From Epiperipatus broadwayi (Eukaryota > Animalia > Onychophora), in the NCBI GenBank assembly GCA_028023455.1, contig JAQFVV010000008.1, positions 17,422,001 through 17,486,000 on the forward strand: DNA of 64,000 bases, in the 5' to 3' direction. The notes beneath the pieces were generated by a model. That model saw only the letters and a program-made list of their open reading frames with translations, had not been told where the DNA came from and ran no database searches. Made by a program: the position numbers and the translations under genes. Positions 51,593-64,000 of this stretch are shown piece by piece (position 1 is the first letter of the stretch; every line of letters starts with the position of its first letter).

Positions 51593-52151
51593 AAGGAAAG
51601 GGGACTGTGACCTTCCTGGTTGGCACCATGAAGAAATGTGGGAGGTTCACATTGTGCCAATAGTAACCAGAGATAACTATTAAGAGAAAAATGAATTGTG
51701 GAAGAAATGTAGGAGGTTCACATTGTGTCAATAGTGACCAGAGATAATTATTAAGAGAAAAATGAATTGTGATATAACTTTGTATTTTAAATTTAGCAAG
51801 ACCTTAGTTAAGGTGTGCTAACCATTAAATTTTTTATTTTATGTGTGTCTAATAGTGGGAGAGGAAGATGGACAATATCAGGAATTGTTGGTATGAGAGC
51901 TAAATTAGTAGGAATGTTTGTCTGTAAGGCCATAACAGGTGTTTGTTCATTGATTTTCTAACTCATTGTCTATTCCCATTCCAAGATCCAACTTGGGTGC
52001 ATATCCATTTTACATCATCTCACACTTTCATTCATATTTCTAATTATTACTTATAATATCCAGTTTGTAATAACAGTATGTAATTGCCATAGAAACTCAA
52101 TAACTCAGTCATTAATAAATCTCTGTATTAGTGGAAAGAGAGATACACACA
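51593..52151 (+). mobile_element. Polypurine tract plus 3' LTR (about 546 bp) with an internal 71-bp tandem duplication
   Basis: AAGGAAAGGGGA (51593-51604), then TGTGAC at 51606; 51630-51700 repeats at 51701-51771 with 4 substitutions; AATAAA near 52114 and candidate ...CACACA end at 52151 (right end uncertain). Confidence 0.65.
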
Positions 52152-54719
52152 TATACCATTAATTAATATGATTTTATTATTTATTAATTACATAAAATCT
52201 TACATTTAAAATTGTAAAGGTTATCTATTCATTTGTTATTAGTTAGCATTTGTAAATTTAATATATATATATTTTCAATATTCTATTACTAACATTTTAC
52301 AAGCAAGAAAATTCTTGCATATTGCTAAGCTCATTATAACAAAAAAAAAAAAGAGGCGTGGCTCAGTTTTACAGCAGATTCAAAAAAAGAACAGAAAAGA
52401 GAGAAAAAAGACAGAATAGTTATGGAAAGTGGAATAATATTCTAAAAAAAATAAGAAAACAGGTGAACTAAATATTGTGAAAATTCTCTACTATTCCTTT
52501 ATGGATAAAGTTCTCTCATACTACTCAGAATAGGACTGTTTACATGGAAGGCTAAATTTTAAAAGTACCCAGCTCTGGCTTTTATCGGCTAATAATTTAA
52601 TTTACTTTGTTCAAAAATGCATGGATATATAAAATTGTTAATTATAATTTATTATAACGTATTTATAATGAATAAATGATGTCGGAGTTGTATAAATTAC
52701 TAACAATGAAGTTAACTAGAAAAAGTATGCTGAACTCTTTAATGAAACATTTTATGGACTCTCAGTTAATAAATTTTCTGTTTTTGCTATGCAAAATAAA
52801 ATTAAAATGGAGAATTTGTTTATTCTAACCCTACATTAATAGGATAGTTATATCTACCAAATAACCTTACCATTTGCACCTCTAAAAATGAGTGATAGAT
52901 TGTGTGACTTAATAATATTTGATAATTAGTTACAAATAACATATACAAGCATAGATAAATCACTGACAATGGATTTATTTGTTATGAAAATTCTATTGAA
53001 TGCTAGAGACCTAGAAAGAAATAAAGTCATAAACTTTTACTTGAATTATCTTACCAAATTGGAGATATTTTATTTTATGACAAATAAAATTTTAATACAT
53101 GCAAAAGCTGTTTATAATACCCTTTAGAAAATTCTAAGAACATTGAAAATTATTACTGTTTTTGTCAAATTATGCTTAGCCTGCAGGAGCAATGTTTGTA
53201 TGTTTTTGTTAATGTTAATTCGTCGTTATCATTGTGAGCTACACGTATATTTCCGTTTAAACTTTCAAGTCTGAACTAAAAAAAAACTTATTTTAATGAT
53301 TAAATGTTGACATGTATTTCTTTTTATTGCCTATAATAGATAGGTAGATTTTTTTTGTTTAATTTATTATTATTGTTATTTATTTATATATCTAATCTCC
53401 TCTAGAATGTCTCGGAGATCTTGGTATAAATTATACCAAGTTGGTAATATTCTTTTTTGATATTATGTTAAAAGAAAATGGATATTCTCATGCTCATATT
53501 ATTAGTTCAAATTAATTACTTTAATATTATGCATTGGTTAATAATAATAGATAGACGCATGGAGATATTTATGCCAGTATGTAGAATAGTTAAACTTACT
53601 TGACGGTATTGACTTTAAGTTGAAATTCAATATTCATAATTCTCACAAGTAATAGATTCGTTTAAATTTAATTATTGTTAATATAACATTTTATTGTTCG
53701 TATGATTTAGAAATCATTTTATATATGATCGTGTATTCGCATGTGTGTGCACTGTCGTAAACTATTTTACCAAATTTGTATTTTGTTTTTCTGTCAATTT
53801 CGGTTTGGTGCATATGTTAATGGAAGATGAAGAATTAATAGTTTGTCTGCTTTTAGATTTGTTTATATATGAAATGCGTTGAGTATATTTGGATGAAGAA
53901 GCAATCGAAGGGATGAATTTTGCTATGTGGATTGATTAATACACTCCTTGATTACTTGTTAAACCGTGGGTGGTAGCATATTTTCTTGTTTGATAGCATA
54001 AGAGGAGATAGTTGTATTTCTAAATGAAGTGGCAAATGCCCCATTTATTGATGATAAGTTGGCTGAGTTCCGCAACATTTGGGTCCTAAAAGTTGGTAAA
54101 TATTTATTGAAGAATTAAATTTGAATTTGGAGTTTTGATTAACCATCACACGCGTATATGTGAATATTTATTTATTGTTATTTTTCTCTCCTTCATTCTG
54201 GTGTAATTATCGTCAGGTAATATATGTTGGTTATATCAGATAAATGTTTTATGGATTTCTATAATATGCTTGAAATAAGATTATTAATCTAATGATTAGC
54301 ATATTGCACCATCTGTATTCTGATGGAAACATAATTAATAAATGCTTTGTGTTTGTGATCTTGTAAATGGGCACACATTCGGAAATATGATTAAATTAGA
54401 GATATAGAAAGAAACCATCACTAGAATTGTGAATTCTGAGTAACTTGTCAGAGCATATTACATATCATTTTTTCATTATTATTATTATTAATTCATCCTC
54501 CCAATATGAGTATTAAATTAGGAAATTTTACTTTATCTAGTGCAAACCGTCATAAAACTTTCACTTAGATTTATATAGCAAATATTAACCTACTGATATT
54601 CAGAAATAATTTTATAGCATCCGTTGATTCTTTGGTACTGTTGGTCTTAGCTTACTAAGAGCACAAGTGAGAATAGACGTATTAACATTGGAATGCAAAG
54701 GTTTAATTTTTTATTATTG

Positions 54720-57560
54720 TTTATTGTTGGTAAATGAGCAAATAGAGTGATAAATGTAATTAGGATAATAATAGGGGGGGGTGTCTTCAAATATTAAGTG
54801 TACAAAATTATATAATTTAATGTTATTTAATCAAATTGTGTTTAATGTAAAGGTAATGTTAAAAATCTTAATCAATGTGTTGTAAAATAATGTTTTCTTG
54901 TAATAGAGTTAATTCACAAATTGCTTTATTTTAATAACTCAGTAAATGCTTATAATATAATTAAATCAACATCAAATAATTGTTGTTTATAAATGCTTCT
55001 CTCATCCCCATTTGCATTCTAGATGACCACAATACCCTATAACTCGCAACTGAGCTAAGCTATAGAGTAGTAGTATCATAAGAGTCTTATCAACAAGCAG
55101 AGATGCAATTTAATTATAAATTTATTCTATCTTATATAGAATTGGCACCTGGGTATTTTTGTACATAAAGTAATATAGGTGAAGAAGGTAGAGGTTACAA
55201 TATATATATATAAGGATTGTAATATGGACATGCATTTATTTTACAAATTATATTTATTGTAATGTAAATAATGTTATTTGGGTAGAATTGTTGTAGAGTC
55301 TTGTGATTTATAAAAAGAAACATTTTGATAAGGTTCCAATAAGGCAGGGGTTGGGAACTTTTTTGTGCCAAGGGCCATTTGGATTTTTTTTTCTACGATA
55401 AAAATTATTTGGATATTTATAATCTCATTCCTGAGACACCCAAAATTATCATTTATAAATTTAGCCTACTATATTTGTTCAAAAATTCAGGTAATTTATC
55501 TCTAATCATTAAGAGTGGGCAGTCTTTTCGACTTGTAGGCCAATTTCAACTTTCCTCTTTTAAACAAGGCCATACTTTTTTGTGTGAATTAAAAATAACA
55601 TCATTATTATTAATGACGTTAATGACAATTTTTCTAAATCTCCTTGAAACTATTTTCATGACATATTCTCAAATTTATTTTTATATTCTGTACAGCAAGT
55701 ACGATGCAATCTTTTATAAAACTTTCAGAAAATGATTTCAAATTTTCTTCTTTTTTAAAAAAACTAACTTGCTGTTAAGAATACTTTGGTTTATTTCTTA
55801 TCAAATGCATGATTTTCTGTGTCACTTTACTCTGTGTAGCCAGCCTAACAAAAAAAATTAAATGCAAAATAACTAATAAAATGAAGTAAAATTAGTGTTT
55901 ATTTTTGCTAATAATGTTCATCAGCAAAAATCATTTTAAGAACAATGCTTTTAGTGTTTTAGATTAAAACCTAGTCAGATAGACTGTACAATGTAAATAG
56001 TTTGTTGAAATATTGCACCTTTGATAGAAAGAACTAGAATTATTATAAAGGTTGGTGTAGTTCAGAAAATAAAATAAAAAATGTTTTCCCTGCCTGCATT
56101 CCCAAGCTTACATTTCCATTATAAGACATGTAGTATCCCATACACTCTTGGTAATAAATTTTTTTTCTGATTTTGTTAAATTTAGCTTAAAGTAGCTTAA
56201 TTTTACTTAACTGTAATGTTAAAGTATTAAGATTCATCAAAATAAAAAAATTCATTGTTTTATACAGGGCCATTTTATATTTGTTTGTGAAAATGTCAGG
56301 GCCATATTGAGAGCTTTTGAGGGCTGGAAGTTACCCAACCCTGCAATAGGAAATGAAAGCCAGATTGACATAGTAAATAAATTTTTTATTTATATTTAAT
56401 TGTTTTAATTTTGTTTTAAATTGATTATTTTAAATTTTATATAAAAAAGACATCTTATGGACAAAATTTTTAACATGGAAATTTGATCATTTAAAGTATT
56501 TGTGTATATATATTAGTTTGTAATGAGAATAAGTTATCTTAATACTTGGTAGAACATTTTTTGAATTTTTAAAAGAATATACTCAAGTATGGTACAACTG
56601 ATTTTATAATTGCATAAATTTCTCTTTATAAAGATCCTAATGCTCATGATTTTTAGTTTTTATTGTTAGATGTATGGTTTATTTTACATATGAAATTAAA
56701 TCAAGATATGGATTATTTCTTTATCCTAACTACATGAATATAAATATATTCCTAATTTTTTAGAATTGAAATCTATATCTAAAATATCTCCCAGCCATAG
56801 ATGTTTATTTAGGCAGTTATATAGTTGAAAGTTTTAAAGAAAGTCAAACCTTTTCAGGAAATCAGAAAATATCATAGAATCTTTTTTATTGTTGCTGTTT
56901 CTGCCAGTCACATGCAAAGAAAAGTGTCTTAAGAAAAGGTGTATTTTATATATTGCTTTCAATTTGATCAATGCATTTTATTCAAGTGAGATTGTGATAG
57001 TGCAATATTATACAGTAATTTGAAATAAAATTAGTGTTACACAGGAATTTATAACAACTATAACTTTGTGTTTTACTTTTATGAGCAGATGCAGTATAGA
57101 TTGAATGATAAGTTATAAGGATTTACAGTATGCTAATCATTATGCAGTTCTTGATAATATAAATTTTTCTAGGATATTTCTAATATTTTGTTTTATCAGT
57201 TAGTCAATATATCAATTGAAGGAACTTCTTAATTTTTAGGTAGAAAGGCAAAAATTCTGCAAGTAGCTGTTTTATTTAGCAAGTTTACTGTATGGAAATG
57301 AGTGATTTTCGTATTAATATAATATAAAAATGTTTTAAACATTTCATTTAAGGATACTTTATAATATTCTAAAAAATAACTTGATAAGATCGATATGTTT
57401 TTGAACTTGCAAGAAGTGATGATATTGGTAAAGTCATATTTTTATTGGATAAAACACGTGAAATGAATAATAAGTAAGAAATTTCATATAAAAGTATTTT
57501 ATGATGAACATACATTGGTTTCATTAAAAATGTGAATTCTATTTATGCTATAAATATCTG
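54720..57560 (+). mobile_element. Second decayed copy of the Penelope-like element (pLTR plus 5' ORF remnant), split by a hAT MITE
   Basis: 55020-55344 and 56344-56500 align contiguously with 39700-40170; downstream sequence is degenerate and ORF-like. Confidence 0.6.
55345..56343. mobile_element. Non-autonomous hAT element, ~1 kb
   Basis: TIRs caggggttgggaactt / aagttacccaaccctg; imperfect 8-bp TSD caataagg / caatagga (6 of 8 match); the empty site is visible at ~40020. Confidence 0.85.
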
Positions 57561-57808
57561 AAAGACATTTAAAGTAACACAATATTAATTACTAACATTA
57601 GAAGGATATCTGTATTTTTATGTTGGACTATTTTCATCATCTAATATGTGTGTTGAATGTCTTTAGAAAAGTTTAACTTTTAGTTAAATATTCCAAATGT
57701 ATTCAACTGTTAGTAATATGACAGCAAGCAGGTTAGTATATGCACCAACTGTTAGTAATATCCCAGCAAACAAATGTTAGTAATATCACAGCAAACAGGT
57801 TAGTATAT

Positions 57809-57853
57809 ACACAGCATTTCGAGAGGTATTTTTCTCCCCTCTTCTTCAGATGT
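57809..57853 (-). ncRNA. Minimal type-I hammerhead motif (left arm; intact CUGAAGA and GAAA, decayed stem III)
   Basis: ACAT-CTGAAGA-A-GAGGGG-agaaaaata-CCTCTC-GAAA-TG-CT-GTGT on the minus strand. Confidence 0.6.
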
Positions 57854-58064
57854 TGCTGGCCTGACCAATGACAGTACTAGCATAGGATTTGAACCTGGGC
57901 CCTTAGAATCTTGATAATTGAATTTTAAGGTAACACTGTAACCATCTGAGCCATCCTGCCAAAGGCAACAGTATGTAGTAATTTCATATACTTATCTATG
58001 AGGTTCCTCCTGATGTCTCCACCTCATAGATAAGTATATGAAATTACTACATACTGTTGCCTTT

Positions 58065-58147
58065 GGCAGGATGGCTCAGTTGGTTAGAGCGTTACCTTAA
58101 AATCCAATTATCAAGATTTTAAGGGCCCAGGTTCAAATCCCATGCTA
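58065..58147 (+). promoter_or_regulatory. tRNA-derived (SINE-type) head with Pol III A and B boxes; mirror copy at 57878-57960 (-)
   Basis: A box TGGCTCAGTTGG (58072-58083) and B box GGTTCAAATCC (58130-58140). Acceptor and T stems do not pair, so this is not a functional tRNA. Confidence 0.8.
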
Positions 58148-58171
58148 GTACTGTCACTGGTCAGGCCAGCA

Positions 58172-58216
58172 ACACCTAAAGAAGAGGGAAGAAAAATACC
58201 TCTCGAAATGTTGTGT
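58172..58216 (+). ncRNA. Minimal type-I hammerhead motif (right arm; G5-to-A core change)
   Basis: ACAC-CTAAAGA-A-GAGGG-aagaaaaata-CCTCTC-GAAA-TG-TT-GTGT. Confidence 0.55.
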
Positions 58217-61200
58217 ATATACTAACCTGTTTGCTATGATATTACTAACAGTTAGTGCATATACTAATCTGTTTGCTGTGATATTACTAACATTTGTTTG
58301 CTGTGATATTACTAACAGTTGGTGCATATACTAATCCTGTTTGCTGTGATATTACTAACAGTTGAATGCATTTGGAATATTTAACTAAAAATTAAACTTT
58401 TCTAAAGACATTCAACACACATATTAGATGATGGAAATAGAAAAACATTAGAAGGATATATTTAAGATTAAAATTTAAATGAGAGCTGCATTAGGTCATT
58501 CAAAAAAAAAAGTTTGTTGTAGAAATTAATATCAAGCAACCTGAATAAAGGAAACCACGATTTCATGGATTGTTATCACAATATGCAAATTTTAAGTTCT
58601 TGTTTTTTTATCACCTGTTTTTCTGAAGTTAGCCGTAATTGTTTATAAGTGAGAACATAATAAGATTTTTAATTTTTAAGCAATTTACAAAAATTTTTAA
58701 ATCCAGATTGTATGTACAAAACTGTTTTCATATAATTTTAAAAATTACAAACATTAGTTTAATCTTCTTTGGATGGTTAGTTAGCATTCACCCTAATATT
58801 ATTTTCATGACTGATAATATATGTATCATAAATTGAATTTTTCTTAATATATATACAAAATAGAGGAAGCAATTCCATTATCAATCCAGACAACTATGTA
58901 AACCACTATTATTAATATCACACTTTTTTATGTTTTAATAGCAGTTATATCATGAAAACACTATCATGAATGCTTAATATGCTGTTCTGTGTTTAACAGT
59001 CATAAACTCAATATAGGTTCTGAATTTAAGAAGATGAAAAATAGATCTAAATTATAGGAGTTGTATAAAAAACTCTTAATAACATGAAAATAAACTTATT
59101 TCATATATTATATGGGTCTAATTTAATCAATTTGTAAATGGTATCCAACTCTTTCATGAAGTGTTGGCTCAAACATTTTGGGTGCTGTATTTTGAACTGT
59201 TTCTGAACTGTATTTTTCAGACTTAGGTAAATCCTAAACTTTTGATTTTCCTCTCTATGGAATTTTATCAAGTTGTTAAATGTGTTGACCATGGTTGAGA
59301 TTCTCTATAACCAAGTCAATAACTACTGAGATAACACTAAACAATTTTTGCATGGCATGGTGCTTTTTTATATTGAGAGTATCAAGAATACTATCCTAGT
59401 GAAGTTGAGTTTTGTGGAATTGTTTGAGCTTATCAGAAAATACTGTTTCTGTGATTAAGAGCTGTGAAATATAGAAAATTTAATAAATCAAATCCCTTTT
59501 TGACTTTTGTCTCATTTCCATTTAATAATTTCAATTTTTTTAATCCACACACACACATTGAATTTGATTACAAATCTTAACACATATTGCTTCTTTTTGT
59601 GAATAATTTTATAAGTTATCCAAGACCTGAAATATGATATAGCATTTTATTTAAATGATAATGTAGAATTCTATAATATGTAGAGTATGAGTTAAAATGG
59701 ATAGTTATAAAATCCCATTCTTGAACAGTTTCTAGGTATATGGCTCATCTTTCCACATGCATTAATTCAATTCTTATAAATTTATTGACTAATTAATAAA
59801 TAATATTTCCAGTAGGATCTTTAGGCCTTTTATTTTGCATATCACCACATAAATTAATTTCTGAACAACTAATATAAAGCTGAAAAGAAAAAGTTAACAA
59901 AATGCAAGGCAATTCAACCTTTGATCAAATTAATGTTTTGGCTTTAAACTTTTATAAATACACAACTTTGCATAACAATGCAAGTAACAGTATTCCAGCA
60001 TCACAATTTTTTAAAACAATTCTGATTTTATGAGATAATCACTTTAACACAGATCATGTTTTAAGCAATGAATTTAGTAAAAATGAAATCCAATTTGCAT
60101 ATCAATTTTCATTATCACTTTAAAAGTAGTATCATGCTCTATAGTTTAACACAATGGTGGACTCCAGATAAAAGATTCATAGATTATAGATTATTCTTTT
60201 GAAGAACATGTTTAAAAAAATTCAACTCCATCAATTGTAAAAAAAATAATTGAATTTAACCCATCACTTCACCTGCTTGCATGTCACGTGACTTTTCAAG
60301 CTGAACCCATGCGATTGTTTTTTATTACTAGCACTCTGAATTATGCATCAATCCAACATTACTTCAACTTTTATTAACAGTAATTTTGGTAAGAGGACAT
60401 TAATCTTTTTAGTAGTTATTTCTTTCTTGTTTATATTTATGAGTTCAAATTTCATAAGGGGATTTTTGGTTCAATTCATAGCAGATAGAATCAGATGAAT
60501 CACAATGGCTATTAAAGCTATGCTTTATTGATTTTTGTCAAGTGTGAACCACTATAGATTTAAGCTAAGTTTATTAGATCTTGATTTTTTTTCCAGGTTT
60601 TACTTCATTTTAATAAATACTACAGAAGGCTGTTTATCAAAGACTTTATTTTATTGAAGTTTGTTTTCTGATATTTTTATTTATGTTGGAAAAGTTGCGT
60701 GTTTAAAAATAAATTTCTGTTGACATTATATTGCAAGATTTATTTTTCTGCTTCTCTTAAGGTAATATTTGCTTTTTTTTTTTTTTAATAAATAAAAAAT
60801 ATACTTACATCTTGAATTTTTTTGATTGAAAAATTCTGAAGAGATTTGTTCTTTTCCTCTAAAATATCAACTAAAAAAAATTAGTAAACTTTTTTTTTTA
60901 AGAAATTTTTTTATTTTTTATGGAATACTGTTAATTATACTATTATAAAAACAAAACATTGCATGAATTATCAAAGCAAGAAAAAAAAATGAAATAAATA
61001 AAATGAAATATGGTAACATGAGAATAACTTTTTCTCCAAATTAAATTTCATTTTATATCTATCAAGCGAATTACAAATTCTTTTATTTTTCAATTAAACT
61101 AGGGTTTGATTAAAAAATTATGTTTAGTAAAATACAAAATTTAAACATAAGCAAATATAATTTTATTTCTTGATGTTTTAATTTTGCCAAAATCTTAATC

Positions 61201-64000
61201 AGATATTATTTTGGCCAGATTTTTTTGTAATTTTTTACAACTATATACACATAGGTGACTGAAATATTATTCATCTCATTTTTCCCAATCAAAAATTTAA
61301 TAATAGTTTTTAATTACAACACATAATTTGAATATTATATGAAATTTGACTATTTTTTTGCAATTATCTGTATAACTAACATGAGATCATTGAATGAAAC
61401 TTTATGAATCTCAAACACTTTCTCTTGTGACAGAATAATATTTCATTGCATAGAAATTTTTATGAGTTATCTGATACTTTGCAATATTTCCTATATTTTA
61501 TTTATAGGACTCTTAGGATTGTATGAATTTTTAAGAATTCCAAAAACATACTTTTTATACACAACAAATCACCAATATCTTGGATGTTATATTACCTTTT
61601 ACAAAACTTTTCCACATTTAATTACTTGGCAAATATTCTGAGTCTGACACAGTTTTATAAAGGTTATTATAGATTGACTTTTCTATATCTTTCAATATTC
61701 TCTGATTAGTCTACACAAATTTTACTTCCATCTCATCTAATTTATTGACTTTTTTTTCTTAATTTTAAACTCCTCCATAATTTCTACACTGTTTCCAATT
61801 CTTTAATAGCATTTATGCACTTTATATTAATTCATAATTACTACATCTATTTGGATTTTTCCATGATCTACATTTATTTTAATCTCTTCTTCAATTTTTG
61901 AAATAAATGTATAATCTTCAACCACCATTGAATCAATTTAAGTGTCTAAATCAGTTTTGAGTTCCTTTATAATATTTAATTCCTTCATAGTAGCAATATC
62001 ATTTTTAGGTTTTTTTCTATAGTGTCTTTATCCATACAAATCTCTGACACAGACTATTGCATTAACTTTGTAATAGAGCTATGCTTCCTCAATTTTATCA
62101 AATTTGAACTCCTTTATAGTACTGACATCAATACAAGATTGTTGTACATTTATTACATTAATTTTTAATTGACAATTGTATGAAGTAATAGAGCTCAAAT
62201 TATTGAGAATGCTGTGAAAAAATTTGATTTTATATACTTATAATATAAACACACTATAACAGAGTTTTACATAAAGTATAAAATTAATTTTAAAAAATGA
62301 AGTATACTTTCAATGCCTTAGCTTCACACTCATAGGCTTTAAAACATTTCAAAAATCCATTTATTTATTTATTTATTTGAATATTATACATACAAATTCA
62401 TTTTGTGCAATATAATGAGTTTCTATGATTTTTTTTTTGTCATTTCTTTCTTTACAAATCATCTCAACAATATCTAGATTGAATTCATACCCATATTTTG
62501 TTTTATGATTATAAAATACTAATGCATTAATAAAATTAGCTTTGCTTTTTTGTATATGTGTGATTGTTGTATCATTCTAATATTCAAATTCATCTTACTT
62601 GATTCCATTCAGTCCATCTTATTCATAGATATTCTAAAGCTCACATTGAACTTTATCTTCAAATATTATTCTCAATTTTATTTCCAATACTCAATGCATA
62701 TGCTAGTGACATTCATTTTTTTACTAATTTGAACTTTTCATATATATATAATATTATACTTATATCCATCAGTTTTATTAAAAACGACCACATTAGAAAT
62801 ATAAATTTCCATATTTTCAATTTTGTCAGATTCAAACTTAGATAAATAGTTTAAATGCAAAAATGCTCTCAAACCTGTATATTTATATGATTTTGACATT
62901 TGAGACATTATATTAAGTCATTTCTAATACTAAATGGTTTAATTATCACTTTATAATAAAAAAAAATTGTCAGTCTGCTTTATTTACAAATCTAAATAAT
63001 AAATTTCATTATCTTTTTAAAGCTCTTTAGTCCAATTTAATCCTGATCTCTTATTTAAATACATTACTAATAATATCCTGTATTACTCAACAAAAATGTC
63101 ATCTTACATTCTAACAATTTTAACAAGCCCATAAATAATTACAGCATATCAATTATGGAATGATGATAATATAAACCTACTCATAGAACAATCAAATCTA
63201 AAAATTTTACTATGATAATTCACAAAACAGTTTTCTAAAAAAAATCCTTTAAATGAACTGCCAAATAACAAAAAGATTCTTATCGATATAAGAAAAGATG
63301 GGCATTATTTTCAAATTCATTTAAATGATCCTTTAGGAATTGTATTTATGAATATTGAGAAACAACTGTTTCACCTACTATATTCTATAGTAGTATTTCT
63401 ACATATATAACTATCACCAAATCCTCGTATATCATGTTAATATTATGTTAAAAACAGGCTAAATTTAAAACTAAATATGTTAATCATGTATGTGTGCATA
63501 TATCTGAACATATAGTATAAAAATTGCATCTATATGTGTAAATCTCCATAAATACACACATATATTTCTGGTAATAAATAAATGGAAAGTGCATTGTATG
63601 TGTAACATAAGACTACATATATGCGGGAATGAATGATGTTAACAGGATTAAAACATTATAATTTCTTTATTTAAAATATTAATTCTAAAAAGTAATATTT
63701 GAAATTATTATATAATTCTGCATATATCATTAAATTAAATGGTTGAGTTACATATATAACAAAATGTTTTTCATCTTTTAGATTTGTTTTTCTAGAAAGG
63801 ATGGCTCCATAAAAGTTAATCCTTCTCGCTATAAAATGACCCAGTTTCAATTTAAGGGTAAAATTAGATTTAAAATTAGAAATATGAATAAATTACCGTG
63901 AGTGACCGAGGTTAAAATTGACCTAAAAGAAAAACAATCACAGCAGTATTCCACGATTTTTTTAGAGGTAGCGAGAAGGCTGGAAAAGCGAGTCTAAAAA

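Larger units (their letters stand above)
57610..58443. mobile_element. 834-bp palindromic double copy of the tRNA-head/hammerhead element, flanked by a 16-bp direct repeat
   Basis: Arms 57628-58004 and 58021-58440 are reverse complements around a 16-bp spacer; AACATTAGAAGGATAT at 57594-57609 and 58444-58459. Confidence 0.9.

Noticed and set aside
58065-58147. Functional tRNA gene
   Set aside because: Acceptor and T stems do not pair, the anticodon arm is replaced by a 10-bp hairpin, and it is embedded in a repeat family.
58210-58365. CRISPR-like repeat array
   Set aside because: Eukaryotic context, spacers are themselves repeated, and there are no cas genes; simple tandem expansion.
61540-62200. 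Minus-strand E/K-rich coiled-coil remnant (LINE ORF1-like)
   Set aside because: Many stops and no diagnostic domain; cannot be assigned.
144-63000. Most 60-90 aa ORFs in the supplied track (F/I/L/K-rich)
   Set aside because: Expected by chance in AT-rich DNA; no motifs or splice context, and many are antisense shadows of TE ORFs (e.g. 11581-11982, 22130-22498, 24615-25013).

Overview
Very AT-rich, intron-containing animal genomic DNA. The transposon mix looks arthropod/arachnid-like, but the species cannot be determined from this window. One host gene is supported on the + strand: a PARP9/PARP14-type macrodomain (ADP-ribose binding/hydrolase) gene. It has two visible coding exons, 6578-7490 and 30150-30712, joined in phase by a 22.7-kb GT-AG intron that splits the S-S-G|V-Y-G loop; its upstream exons were not found. 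Almost everything else is transposon-derived: a young 5'-truncated RTE LINE, two tandem RTE-X-like LINE copies, a hAT transposase fossil, two hAT MITEs, a Tc1/mariner MITE and transposase remnant, Ty3/gypsy pol remnants, a pol-less LTR element end, and decayed Penelope-like elements (PLEs). The most unusual signal is a cluster of minimal type-I hammerhead ribozyme (HHR) motifs and fold-back structures. (i) A short repeat family joins a tRNA-like Pol III head to a HHR and occurs in all four places as a head-to-head inverted pair with fixed outer ends; the best copy is 57610-58443, flanked by a 16-bp direct repeat. (ii) A near-perfect HHR lies at 41932-41984. (iii) A 103-bp HHR-bearing insert with an 8-bp TSD lies at 43334-43436. 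All alignments, translations and folds were done by eye. Family names and activities are inferences until checked by search, folding and cleavage assays.
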